DNA from: Capsulimonadaceae bacterium
GTDB taxonomy: Bacteria > Armatimonadota > Armatimonadia > Armatimonadales > Capsulimonadaceae
Length of the DNA stretch: 64,000 bases
Assembly (NCBI GenBank): GCA_965215505.1
Contig: OZ244065.1
Span: 4,064,001-4,128,000 of the forward strand
Direction: 5' to 3'
The notes under the pieces were generated by a model. The model worked only from the letters and a program-made list of their open reading frames with translations. It was not told where the DNA came from and ran no database searches. Positions 8,840 to 17,991 of the stretch are shown here, piece after piece; within the stretch, counting starts at the first letter, position 1; every line of letters starts with the position of its first letter. A program made the translations under genes and the position numbers.

Positions 8840-10185
8840 GGGAGGGCGGACCCCGGCTCGGCCAGCGGGGCTTCCTGCGGTGCGCGGGCCGCCGCGATGA
8901 TCGTGGACAGCACTTGAAGCCCGAGTACCAGCAGAGTCGGCTGGGCGATGGAGAACTCGAACATGGATTTCACGATGGAGATGGAGAACGGGTCCCGGAA
9001 GAACGTGAAGCCGAGCCATCCGGTGAGCATGACGTACATCACGCGATACAGCAGCGTCCGGTCCCGACCGCGCAGGTAGCTCAGGCCGCAGCCCGTCAGG
9101 AACAACGCCGCGAGTGTCCCCAGGACGCCGAAATTTACCATGAAGGAGAAGAACGAGGAGAGGCCACCCGCAGGCGAAAATATCTCATAGCCGTATTGCG
9201 CCGGGTCGATCAGGTAAGCGGCCTTGCCTGGGAAGAAGGCAGTCGGGATCAGGTTGATAAAGCTGCCGATGAGGAACACAGGAAATTTGATGACTTCAAA
9301 GCCGTTGACCTCCAGGAAATGCAGCATCGGCAGATTAACGAAAAGCGGTTCGGTGAGCAGATTAATCAAGCCTTGACCGGCCTTCAAGGATTGTCCTTGA
9401 CGCAGCAAGCCGGCTCCCCCGGCGAAGGCGGCTACCGCCAGGCTGAAGAGGAGCATCCGCCGCACCGGGATGCGCCGGAAGTAGACGGTCCGATAGACCA
9501 GCAGCATGACCAAAGTGGAGATGAAGTACAAGCGGCCACCCAACGACAGAACGAGTATGGCGACGATGAAATAGATCACGAAGAAGTGGTTCCGCAGCAG
9601 GGAGCGGAACCGCCCTAGTCCTGCGCTCCGCTCGTCTAATTTGGCGGCGTAGGTGATGGCGACGGACAGGATGGAGACGCTGATACCCGTAAACGCCGAG
9701 CGCTCGGGCGTCGGCACCGGCGTGACCAGGGGGCTGGTATAGCCCATGAACAACTCACCGCGCAGCAGGAACGCATAGGCTGCGGCCAGGACGGCACCGA
9801 TCGCCAGAGGCACGTTCAGGGTGTTCTTGTAAAAAAACAGCCGACGATAGCGGGGGTTGGGCCGTTGCGGCTCCGGCAGCCGCCGCCGCACCCACTCGCT
9901 CCCGCCCCAGAAGCACAGGTAGGAGGCTAATGTGACCAGGAAATAGAGGGTCAGGTTTGGGGGGGGGATGTTGTCAAAGAGCAGATACCAGAGGCGAAAG
10001 GTCGGCTCATCCGCCTCCACCCGGAAGATGCCGACTCCTATCGGGAAAACCCAGTAGAAAAGGAAGCCGACGGTGAACATCAGGACGTGATTGACTTCCA
10101 GGCCGCCCGCCCGGACGCAGGAGCGCCGGGCCAGCCAGACCGGGACCAGGATGTTCAGGAAAAACAGGGCGGCAATGAGAGTCAT
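8836..10185 (-). CDS. wzy: Polysaccharide polymerase Wzy
   Basis: About 10 hydrophobic segments, LGGR motif, visibly lower GC; located in the polysaccharide locus. Confidence 0.75.
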   Translation of the reverse strand: MTLIAALFFLNILVPVWLARRSCVRAGGLEVNHVLMFTVGFLFYWVFPIGVGIFRVEADEPTFRLWYLLFDNIPPPNLTLYFLVTLASYLCFWGGSEWVRRRLPEPQRPNPRYRRLFFYKNTLNVPLAIGAVLAAAYAFLLRGELFMGYTSPLVTPVPTPERSAFTGISVSILSVAITYAAKLDERSAGLGRFRSLLRNHFFVIYFIVAILVLSLGGRLYFISTLVMLLVYRTVYFRRIPVRRMLLFSLAVAAFAGGAGLLRQGQSLKAGQGLINLLTEPLFVNLPMLHFLEVNGFEVIKFPVFLIGSFINLIPTAFFPGKAAYLIDPAQYGYEIFSPAGGLSSFFSFMVNFGVLGTLAALFLTGCGLSYLRGRDRTLLYRVMYVMLTGWLGFTFFRDPFSISIVKSMFEFSIAQPTLLVLGLQVLSTIIAAARAPQEAPLAEPGSALP

Positions 10186-11210
10186 GAGGCTTGTCTCACC
10201 GCGCTTCCGGTGCGGACGCGCCGGAGCATCGCGTAGGCCCGCTCGAAGAGCAGCGCGTACACCGCGCGGGGCGTCAGCACCATCGGGACGATCACCAGCA
10301 GCAGGACGGGGTGCGGCCCGTAGACGCGCCACAGGCGGCGCAGCCCGTCGCGGTAGTCGGGCCGGACCGTCCCGATGGCCCCCTTCGATTTGAAGACGCC
10401 GATGACGTAGCAGACGAAACGCAGGACCTTCGCCCGGACCTGCCGGACGGCGGCCTCGGAATACCCGTTCCGGCGGGCATAGCGCAGGACGAGGTCGAAG
10501 TTCGTGACGAAGACCTCGAAGAAATTGAAGCCCTGGTTGTTGTCGGCCCGCTGGGCCAGGAACGGTTGCTGCGTGGCGTAAAAGCCGCGCCCCGGTGCGA
10601 GCGCGTCCACGAAGAAAAAGGCCTGAATGACGACCGTCCCGACCTTGTCCGCGTAGTCTTTCCCCAGGACGTTCGCCCGGCGGAAGGCGATGCACGAGAG
10701 GAACGTGATGTGCGTCCCCAGGAAGACCAGCGCCTCGTCGCGCGTCCCCAGCAGGCGGTCCGCTTCCAGCCGGAAGACGCCCGCCGTCTCCTCGTCCGGT
10801 GAGTGCGTGAAGGGGCGCGTGTTCAGGCTGAAGGCGTCAAAGTCCGGGTGTTGCCCGATGAGTTCAAGCAGCCGGGCGACCGCGCCGGGGAGCAGCACGT
10901 CGTCGTCGGAGAGCAGGTACAGGAACTCGCCGCGTGCCTGCGTCAAGGCGTCGGTGAAGTTGCGGTCCGGCCCGATGTTCTGGGGGCGGCGGACGTAGCG
11001 CAGGGCAACGTGGGGGAAGTCGGCCTGGGCCTTGGCGACGACGGCGGGCGTCTGGTCCGGGGAGGCGTTGTCCAGCACGAGGACCTCCACGCGGGCAGCC
11101 GCGTCGGGCGTGAGCTGCGACAGCACGGCCCGGAGCGCCTGGCCGAGCAGGGCGGCGCGCTTGTAGGTCGGAATGCACAGCGACAGGCGGGGGGGCGGGG
11201 AAGGCATCAC
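10182..11210 (-). CDS. Glycosyltransferase family 2, paralogue 5 (RfbV/WbaV abequosyltransferase-like)
   Basis: LSLCIPTYKR, DNASPD, NIGPDRNF, LLSDDD. Confidence 0.9.
   Translation of the reverse strand: MMPSPPPRLSLCIPTYKRAALLGQALRAVLSQLTPDAAARVEVLVLDNASPDQTPAVVAKAQADFPHVALRYVRRPQNIGPDRNFTDALTQARGEFLYLLSDDDVLLPGAVARLLELIGQHPDFDAFSLNTRPFTHSPDEETAGVFRLEADRLLGTRDEALVFLGTHITFLSCIAFRRANVLGKDYADKVGTVVIQAFFFVDALAPGRGFYATQQPFLAQRADNNQGFNFFEVFVTNFDLVLRYARRNGYSEAAVRQVRAKVLRFVCYVIGVFKSKGAIGTVRPDYRDGLRRLWRVYGPHPVLLLVIVPMVLTPRAVYALLFERAYAMLRRVRTGSAVRQAS
10881..11179. repeat. 299-bp direct repeat, copy A (copy B at 15127-15425)
   Basis: Compared by eye: one mismatch between the copies. Confidence 0.9.
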
Positions 11211-11215
11211 GGCCT

Positions 11216-12265
11216 CTATTGTACCCCCCGCGCGGGCGGATTGAGGCCCGCCGCCGATGCGGGCTTGGGCCGGACACCTTTAGCGAGGCGGTAAAGGGCA
11301 TGCGCGCGCATGAAAAGCAGCGTGAAAAGCGGTCGGGGGAGCAGGATCATCGGGAGGACGACCAGCAGCAGGAAGGGGTCGGGTCCGTAGACCCGCCACA
11401 GCCGGGTGATGCCGTCGCGGTAATCGGGCCGGACCGTGCCGAGTGCGCCCTTGTCCTTGAAGACGCGCACATACGCGCCGATCAGACGCAGATGCCGGGC
11501 CATGACCTGCCGGACGCACGGCGCGGAGTATCCCAACGTCCCCGCGTGGCGGATGAGGGCGTTGAAGTTGGTGACGAAGACGCGGAAGAAGTCGAACCCC
11601 TCGTTGTTACCCGCCCGCTGGGCCAGGAAACACTCGCGGACGGCGTACAGGCCGCGCCCCGGCGCGAGGGCGTCCAGGAACATATAAGCCTGGGCCAGAT
11701 TGGTCGCGTAGCGGGCGCTGTAGTCGCGCCCCGCCACTGCCTCCCGGCGGAAGGCGATGCACGAGAGAAACGCGATGTGCGTCCCCAGGAAGACCAGCGC
11801 CTCGTCGCCCGTCCCCAGCAGGCGGTCGCCTTCTATGGTGTAAGCGCCCTCGCCCTCCTCCTCGGGGTGTTCCCAGAACTGACGGACGTTGAGTGCGAAG
11901 GCGTCCACGTCGGGGTGGTCCGCGATGAGGCCCAGCAGCCGGGCGATCGCGCCGGGCAGCAGCACGTCGTCGTCGGAGAGCAGGTACACCCAGGCCCCGC
12001 GCGCCTGGTTGGGGGCGTCGCAGAAGTTGGCGTCGCACCCGATGTTCTGGGGGCGGCGGACGGAGCGGAGCGTGACGCGGGGGAAGTCGGCCTGGGCGCG
12101 GGCGACGGCGGCGGGGGTGTCGTCGGGGGAGTGGTTGTCGATGACGACGACCTCGACCTGTCCGGCGAGGGCGGGCGTGACCTGGGCCAGGATGGCGCGG
12201 AGGGACTGGTCGAGCAGGGCGGCGCGGTTGTAGGTCGGAACGCACAGGGAGAGCAGGGGTGGCAT
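11216..12265 (-). CDS. Glycosyltransferase family 2, paralogue 4
   Basis: LSLCVPTYNR, DNHSPD, LLSDDD. Confidence 0.9.
   Translation of the reverse strand: MPPLLSLCVPTYNRAALLDQSLRAILAQVTPALAGQVEVVVIDNHSPDDTPAAVARAQADFPRVTLRSVRRPQNIGCDANFCDAPNQARGAWVYLLSDDDVLLPGAIARLLGLIADHPDVDAFALNVRQFWEHPEEEGEGAYTIEGDRLLGTGDEALVFLGTHIAFLSCIAFRREAVAGRDYSARYATNLAQAYMFLDALAPGRGLYAVRECFLAQRAGNNEGFDFFRVFVTNFNALIRHAGTLGYSAPCVRQVMARHLRLIGAYVRVFKDKGALGTVRPDYRDGITRLWRVYGPDPFLLLVVLPMILLPRPLFTLLFMRAHALYRLAKGVRPKPASAAGLNPPARGVQ
11883..12254. repeat. 372-bp direct repeat, copy A (copy B at 14054-14425)
   Basis: Compared by eye: one mismatch between the copies. Confidence 0.9.
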
Positions 12266-12301
12266 GGTGGCTCGATTATACCCGGTTCCTGTATACCCGG
12301 T

Positions 12302-13366
12302 TCATGCCCGGCGGGGCTTGCCGCCCGCCCGGCCCGCCGGCGGCTTCCCGGTCACGCGCGCCTTCAGTCCGGTATATAGGCGCTGCATGGGCGCGAAGAG
12401 GCCGCTCGGGACCAGCATCCGGGGGACGATCATGAGCGTCACAAAGCGGTCCGGCCCGTAGGCCCGCAGGATCAGCACGGCGGCCTCCAGATAGGCCCGG
12501 TAGCTGAGGTCCAGGGTGCCGCACCCGCCGCGCGTCTTGAAGTCGAGTACGCACTGGTACAGGAACTCGCGGTGGCGGGCGAACGTCTCCCGGACGGCCG
12601 CATCGGAGTAGCCGACCTCCCGCGCATACTGGAGGAGGTGCTGGAACTGCGTCACGAAGACCTGAAAGAAGCCGAATCCCTGGCTGTTATCGGCCCGGCG
12701 TGCGAGGAAAGGAGCCACGGCGACGTACAGGCCGCACCCCGGCGCGAGCGCGTCCAGGAACATGTAGGCCTGGCCGATGATGGTGCCGGAGAAGCGGGAA
12801 TAGTCGCGCCCCGCCACGTTGGCCCGGCGGAACGCAATGCAGGAGAGGAACGTGATATGGAAGCGCAGGAACGTCAGCGCCTCGTCGCATGTCCCCAGCA
12901 GGCTGTCTTCGGGGAGGACGAACAGGCCCGGCATGTCTTCGTCCGGGCTGTGAAGGAACTCGCGGACATTGAGTGCGAAGGCGTCCACGTCGGGGTGTTC
13001 GCCAATAAGCCGCAGCAGGGTGGCGACCGCACCGGGCAGCAGCACGTCGTCGTCGGAGAGCAGGTACACGAACGTGCCGTGCGCCTGGTTGGGCGCGTCA
13101 CACATGTTGGCGTCTGGCCCGATGTTCTCGGGGCGGCGGACGGAACGCAGGGCGGCGTGGGGGAACTCGGCCTGGACCTCGCGAACAACGTCCGGCGTAT
13201 CATCCGGGGAGGCGTTGTCCAGGATGACCACTTCCACCCGCCCAGCCATGTCCGGCGTGATCTGGGTGAGGATAGCCCGGAGCGCCTGCGGCAGCAGGGC
13301 GGCGCGGTTGTAGGTCGGTACGCAAAGCGAGAGCAGGGGCGGATCTTGCGTGGGCGTTTCTGTCAC
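12302..13366 (-). CDS. Glycosyltransferase family 2, paralogue 3
   Basis: GTG start overlapping the upstream stop; LSLCVPTYNR, LLSDDD. Confidence 0.9.
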   Translation of the reverse strand: MTETPTQDPPLLSLCVPTYNRAALLPQALRAILTQITPDMAGRVEVVILDNASPDDTPDVVREVQAEFPHAALRSVRRPENIGPDANMCDAPNQAHGTFVYLLSDDDVLLPGAVATLLRLIGEHPDVDAFALNVREFLHSPDEDMPGLFVLPEDSLLGTCDEALTFLRFHITFLSCIAFRRANVAGRDYSRFSGTIIGQAYMFLDALAPGCGLYVAVAPFLARRADNSQGFGFFQVFVTQFQHLLQYAREVGYSDAAVRETFARHREFLYQCVLDFKTRGGCGTLDLSYRAYLEAAVLILRAYGPDRFVTLMIVPRMLVPSGLFAPMQRLYTGLKARVTGKPPAGRAGGKPRRA

Positions 13367-14442
13367 CGGGGAGCCTCCGAAACGCGCCCTTCGCCCGACG
13401 TCCGGCGGCCCCGCCTGCGGACGGCTCGATAAAGCCCCTGAATGGCCGTGAAGGCGGACGCCGGGACGAGGAGCAGGGGGACGACCTGGGACAGTACGCG
13501 CCGGTCGGTTCCGTAGGCGCGCAGCAGCCGGAATGCCGCCTTCAGGCACCCCAGGTAGCTGGCCCGCAGCTTACCGTACCCGCCCTCGGTCTTGAACACG
13601 AGGACGAAATGGTAGACGAAGTTGATCTGGTGGGCCGACATCGCGCGGGCGGTCTGTTCGGAGTAGCCGATGGCCTGGGCGTGGCGGATCAGGGCGTGGT
13701 AGTTGGTGACGAAGACGCGGAAGAAGTCGAACCCCTCGTTGTTGTCGGTGCGGCGCGACAGGTAAGGCTCCGCGACGGCGTACAGGCCGCGCCCCGGCGC
13801 GAGGGCGTCCAGGAACATATAAGCCTGGGCCAGATTGGTCGCATAGCGGGCGGTGTAGTCGCGCCCCGCCACTGCCTCCCGGCGGAAGGCGATGCACGAG
13901 AGGAACGCGATGTGAGTCCGCAGAAAGGCGAGGGCCTGGTCGGCGTCGGCGAACAGCCGCTCCGGACCGTCCAGCTTGAAGGCGCGCGGCTTTTCCAATA
14001 CCCCCTGGTGCAGGACCTCCGCCTCCGGCTCATCCGGCGCGCGCCGGAACTCGCGGACGTTGAGTGCGAAGGCGTCCACGTCGGGGTGGTCCGCGATGAG
14101 GCCCAGCAGCCGGGCGACCGCGCCGGGCAGCAGCACGTCGTCGTCGGAGAGCAGGTACACCCAGGCCCCGCGCGCCTGGTTGGGGGCGTCGCAGAAGTTG
14201 GCGTCGCACCCGATGTTCTGGGGGCGGCGGACGGAGCGGAGCGTGACGCGGGGGAAGTCGGCCTGGGCGCGGGCGACGGCGGCGGGGGTGTCGTCGGGGG
14301 AGTGGTTGTCGATGACGACGACCTCGACCTGTCCGGCGAGGGCGGGCGTGACCTGGGCCAGGATGGCGCGGAGGGACTGGTCGAGCAGGGCGGCGCGGTT
14401 GTAGGTCGGAACGCACAGGGAGAGCGTGGGCATCATAGGCAT
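13363..14442 (-). CDS. Glycosyltransferase family 2, paralogue 2
   Basis: LSLCVPTYNR, DNHSPD, LLSDDD. Confidence 0.9.
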   Translation of the reverse strand: MPMMPTLSLCVPTYNRAALLDQSLRAILAQVTPALAGQVEVVVIDNHSPDDTPAAVARAQADFPRVTLRSVRRPQNIGCDANFCDAPNQARGAWVYLLSDDDVLLPGAVARLLGLIADHPDVDAFALNVREFRRAPDEPEAEVLHQGVLEKPRAFKLDGPERLFADADQALAFLRTHIAFLSCIAFRREAVAGRDYTARYATNLAQAYMFLDALAPGRGLYAVAEPYLSRRTDNNEGFDFFRVFVTNYHALIRHAQAIGYSEQTARAMSAHQINFVYHFVLVFKTEGGYGKLRASYLGCLKAAFRLLRAYGTDRRVLSQVVPLLLVPASAFTAIQGLYRAVRRRGRRTSGEGRVSEAPR

Positions 14443-14445
14443 TGT

Positions 14446-15480
14446 TTATCCCGCCTCCTGCGTTTTGGGTGCACGTCCGGTCCGGCGCTGTGTCAGCCGA
14501 TAGAAGCCGGCCGGCAGCAGGAGGCGCGGGACGATGAAGCGCAGGGAGAACGGGTTGAAGCGGTAGGCCCGCAGCACGCGCACCACGGCGTCAGGGTAGT
14601 TCGGGCGCAGCTCGTCATAGTGGCCGCGGTCTTTAAAGATCAAAGCGTAATGGTAAATAAACCTCAGATGCGCGCGGAGCGCGGCGTCAAGTGCCTGCCC
14701 CGAAAAACCCGCCCGGTGGGCATAGCGCAGGACAAGGTCGAAGTTCGTGACGAAGACACGGAAGAAATTGTACCCGCCCGCGTTCTCCGCCCGCTGGGCC
14801 AGGAGGGGCTGGCGTGTGGCGTAGAAGCCGCGCCCCGGCGCCAATGCGTCCACGAAGAAGAAGGCCTGGATCAAAACGGTCCCGACCTTGTCCGCGTAGT
14901 CTTTCCCCAGCACGTTCGCCCGGCGGAAGGCCATGCACGAGAGGAACACGAGGTGCGTACTCAGAAGCTCGAGCGCCGCGTCCGGGCTGTGCGTCACCAT
15001 GTCTTCCTTCAGAGTGAACGGCTGGGAGCCGCCTTCCTCAGAAGGGTCCTCCCGGAACATGCGGACGTTAAGCGCGAAGGCGTCGAATGTGGGATGCTCG
15101 GCGATGAGCGAGAGCAGCTTGGCGATCGCGCCGGGGAGCAGCACGTCGTCGTCGGAGAGCAGGTACAGGAACTCGCCGCGCGCCTGCGTCAAGGCGTCGG
15201 TGAAGTTGCGGTCCGGCCCGATGTTCTGGGGGCGGCGGACGTAGCGCAGGGCAACGTGGGGGAAGTCGGCCTGGGCCTTGGCGACGACGGCGGGCGTCTG
15301 GTCCGGGGAGGCGTTGTCCAGCACGAGGACCTCCACGCGGGCAGCCGCGTCGGGCGTGAGCTGCGACAGCACGGCCCGGAGCGCCTGGCCGAGCAGGGCG
15401 GCGCGCTTGTAGGTCGGAATGCACAAGGAGAGCGTCGGGACCGAGGGCGTTTGTGGTTGAAGCGGCGTTGAGCCTGTCAT
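14446..15480 (-). CDS. Glycosyltransferase family 2, paralogue 1
   Basis: ATG 15480 coupled to the flippase stop; LSLCIPTYKR, LLSDDD. Confidence 0.9.
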   Translation of the reverse strand: MTGSTPLQPQTPSVPTLSLCIPTYKRAALLGQALRAVLSQLTPDAAARVEVLVLDNASPDQTPAVVAKAQADFPHVALRYVRRPQNIGPDRNFTDALTQARGEFLYLLSDDDVLLPGAIAKLLSLIAEHPTFDAFALNVRMFREDPSEEGGSQPFTLKEDMVTHSPDAALELLSTHLVFLSCMAFRRANVLGKDYADKVGTVLIQAFFFVDALAPGRGFYATRQPLLAQRAENAGGYNFFRVFVTNFDLVLRYAHRAGFSGQALDAALRAHLRFIYHYALIFKDRGHYDELRPNYPDAVVRVLRAYRFNPFSLRFIVPRLLLPAGFYRLTQRRTGRAPKTQEAG

Positions 15481-16922
15481 CGGAGGGAAGGCTCCGGCAC
15501 CGGCGGCCGGTCCGTCGGCGATGCCGAGACGGGCGGATGGGAGGGCGGGTCCGCGTGCCACTGTCGGCGCTTCTGGATGAATATCCGGTTGCCCAGCCCC
15601 AGCCCGACCCCGAGGCTGACGGCGAGATACCAGGCCATCATCCCGGTCGCGCCGAATGGCCTCCCGAGGAGTAGGCTGCCGAGCGCAGTCAGGCCGCCGA
15701 CCGTCAGTGACAGAGGCAGGAACGGCTCCTGCTTGTGTGCCCGCAGGTAGATGGATTCGGCCCCGACGATGTGGGCGCAGACGACCGCCCCCATCAGCAG
15801 CCCCAGCGGAGCGGGGTCGAGCAGGCGAACGCTCAGCCGGTGCGCGAACGGCTGGCCGTGGAGGACAACGGTGAGCAGCCAGAACCCGCACTCCCCGACG
15901 ACCAGGGCCAGCGTGGAGCGCCACAGGGCCGGGAAGAACATGCGGTCCATTTGTGCCCAATCGCGGCGGGCGACGAGGCTGCCGAAGGGGGCCGCTTTGG
16001 TCGAGACCCAGGCCAGCGAGATGGCGGCGATCGCGGACGTGATGCTCAGGCTCAGTCCCATCTTCCCCGCCCAGACCGGCCCCTGGAATATGAACAGGAG
16101 CGGGACGAACGTCTGCGTGATGAAATACCCGGAAAGCCAGGAGACGGCGATCTTCCACTGGAACGGCCAGATCTCGTGCCGCCAGTCCACCTGGATGTCC
16201 GGCCTCGCCGCCCGGAGCAGGTCGCCCAGGAACACGCGCTGCCGGACCAGGAGCCACCCGATCACCCAGGTCGAGCTGGCGATGCCGCCGATGGAGGCGG
16301 CATACAGCCCCCAGTGCAGCAGCAGCATCGTCCAGAACAGCAGGCTGCTCAGGACGGCCCCGACGAACTGCGCCTTGACGACCTCCGCCACCAGCCCGCA
16401 GCCTTCCAGGATGGACCAGAGCGGCGTGAACATCAGGCCCATCGCAAGGCCCGCCGACAGGAACAGCCACGGCCCCTCCCAGGCGATGGGCGGCACGCCG
16501 GGCGGGAGGCGGTGGAAGGTGCGGAAGAAGACCACGCCCACGGGGTACACGACGGCCAGGACCAGTACCGCCATGATGCCGTACCACCGCAGGCCGCGCC
16601 GCAGCAGCGAGGCCAGCCGCGCCTTGGCGACCGGGTCCCCCTCCAGCGTCCGCCGCGATGTCCACTCCAGCCCGGCCCGCTCGTGGGAGGCGAACTGCAT
16701 CAGGACCAGCCCAATGCCCAGCTCGAAGAAGATCTGGAGGCCCATGATGCTGCCGAACGCGGCGTAGTACCCCTGCTCGTACTTGTTCAGGGACCGCACC
16801 AGCAGGGCCAGCGTGACGATGCCCCCCAGGGCACCCCAGCCGCGCGAAAGTATCGCGAAGCCGACCGCACGGTCAACGCCGGCCAGGCGGCCCAGCTTTC
16901 CGATGATGCCCGGTGTTCTCAT
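15477..16922 (-). CDS. wzx: Polysaccharide flippase Wzx
   Basis: About 12 TM segments, EQGYY...FFELG motif; position in the cluster. Confidence 0.8.
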   Translation of the reverse strand: MRTPGIIGKLGRLAGVDRAVGFAILSRGWGALGGIVTLALLVRSLNKYEQGYYAAFGSIMGLQIFFELGIGLVLMQFASHERAGLEWTSRRTLEGDPVAKARLASLLRRGLRWYGIMAVLVLAVVYPVGVVFFRTFHRLPPGVPPIAWEGPWLFLSAGLAMGLMFTPLWSILEGCGLVAEVVKAQFVGAVLSSLLFWTMLLLHWGLYAASIGGIASSTWVIGWLLVRQRVFLGDLLRAARPDIQVDWRHEIWPFQWKIAVSWLSGYFITQTFVPLLFIFQGPVWAGKMGLSLSITSAIAAISLAWVSTKAAPFGSLVARRDWAQMDRMFFPALWRSTLALVVGECGFWLLTVVLHGQPFAHRLSVRLLDPAPLGLLMGAVVCAHIVGAESIYLRAHKQEPFLPLSLTVGGLTALGSLLLGRPFGATGMMAWYLAVSLGVGLGLGNRIFIQKRRQWHADPPSHPPVSASPTDRPPVPEPSLR

Positions 16923-16935
16923 AAAGGTCTGATGC

Positions 16936-17991
16936 TCATGGAGGCCCGAAGCTCAGGACGGTGCGGCGGAAGCCGTCCTCGACCGTCGTCCCCGGCTCCC
17001 AACCCAAGGCGCGAACCTTGCCGATCTCGGGGCAGCCGCGCGTGATCTTGCTCTGTAGATAACCGTCGGTCGGGACCGGCTGCCGGACGACACGCAGGTT
17101 CTTCTCGGGGAACAAGGCGACCAGGCGGTGGGCGAGGTCTAAGATGCTGACCTCCGCCTTGTCATTGCCGACGTTATAGGCCTGCCCGCTCTCGCCCATC
17201 AGCAGCACGGTGAAGAAGCCCGCAGTGGCGTCCGCGAGGTAGCAGAAGGCCCGCGTCGCGCGCCCGTCGCTCTTCATCACGATGTCCCGGCCCGCGACGA
17301 TGTCGGCGACGAAATCGGCGAAGACGCGCCCGTCCGTCAGCGACATGCCCGGTCCATAGGTGTGGAACGGCCGGGCGACATTTGCGGGGACGCCGTATTG
17401 GGCGTGCCAGGCGACGCACATGGTTTCGCCCATCCGCTTGCTCTCGGCATAGCAGGAGCGCACCTCCGTCGGGTCCACGGAGGCGTAATCCGTCTCGCGC
17501 GTCGGCACCTGGGCGTCGGTGATCTGGCCGTAGACCTCGCCGCTGCTGAAAAACAGGAAGCCCGAGACGCCCGACGCGCGGGCCAGCTCCAGCAGGTGGT
17601 GCGTGCCGAAGACGTTGGCGGACAGCGTCCCCACGGGATCGGACTTGTAATACTTCGGGCTGGCCTGGGAGGCGGCGTGGATGATGTAATCCACGCGCCC
17701 GCCGATGTCGAGCGGCTGGGACACGTCCCCGACGACCAACCGCAGATCTGAACGGCCCTCGTAGGCGGCGAACCGCTCCCGCGCCCGGCCCTCGTGGCGC
17801 ACCAAGCCCAAAACACGCGTATTCTGTCCGGGCCGCCGCTCATTGAGGAAAAGTAAGGTTTCGACGATGTAGGCGGGCAGGAAGCCCGATGCGCCCGTGA
17901 CCAGGACGGTCTTCCCCGCCAGGTCATCCCAGGGCAGCGGCGCGGACGTGATCGCTTCCAGGTCTTCGGTGACGATTGGGTGGCGCATCAT
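16936..17991 (-). CDS. NAD-dependent epimerase/dehydratase (UDP-glucuronate decarboxylase-like extended SDR)
   Basis: VTGASGFL, HAASQASP, SSGEVYG, RSCYAESKR. Confidence 0.88.
   Translation of the reverse strand: MMRHPIVTEDLEAITSAPLPWDDLAGKTVLVTGASGFLPAYIVETLLFLNERRPGQNTRVLGLVRHEGRARERFAAYEGRSDLRLVVGDVSQPLDIGGRVDYIIHAASQASPKYYKSDPVGTLSANVFGTHHLLELARASGVSGFLFFSSGEVYGQITDAQVPTRETDYASVDPTEVRSCYAESKRMGETMCVAWHAQYGVPANVARPFHTYGPGMSLTDGRVFADFVADIVAGRDIVMKSDGRATRAFCYLADATAGFFTVLLMGESGQAYNVGNDKAEVSILDLAHRLVALFPEKNLRVVRQPVPTDGYLQSKITRGCPEIGKVRALGWEPGTTVEDGFRRTVLSFGPP

Noticed and set aside
8836-10185. Lower-GC wzy as a sign of a separate mobile insertion
   Set aside because: wzy genes are commonly AT-richer, and this one is translationally coupled on both sides with no mobility signatures
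13609-15471. Long plus-strand ORFs across the polysaccharide locus (also 24392-25993, 27212-28408, 28430-29764)
   Set aside because: Antisense shadows of well-supported minus-strand genes in GC-rich DNA; no recognisable motifs
14446-16665. 739-aa ORF suggesting a GT2 fusion (likewise the extended 8836-10695, 54822-56537 and 32788-34614 ORFs)
   Set aside because: The N-terminal extensions overlap neighbouring genes or repeats; coupled or SD-led starts lie downstream
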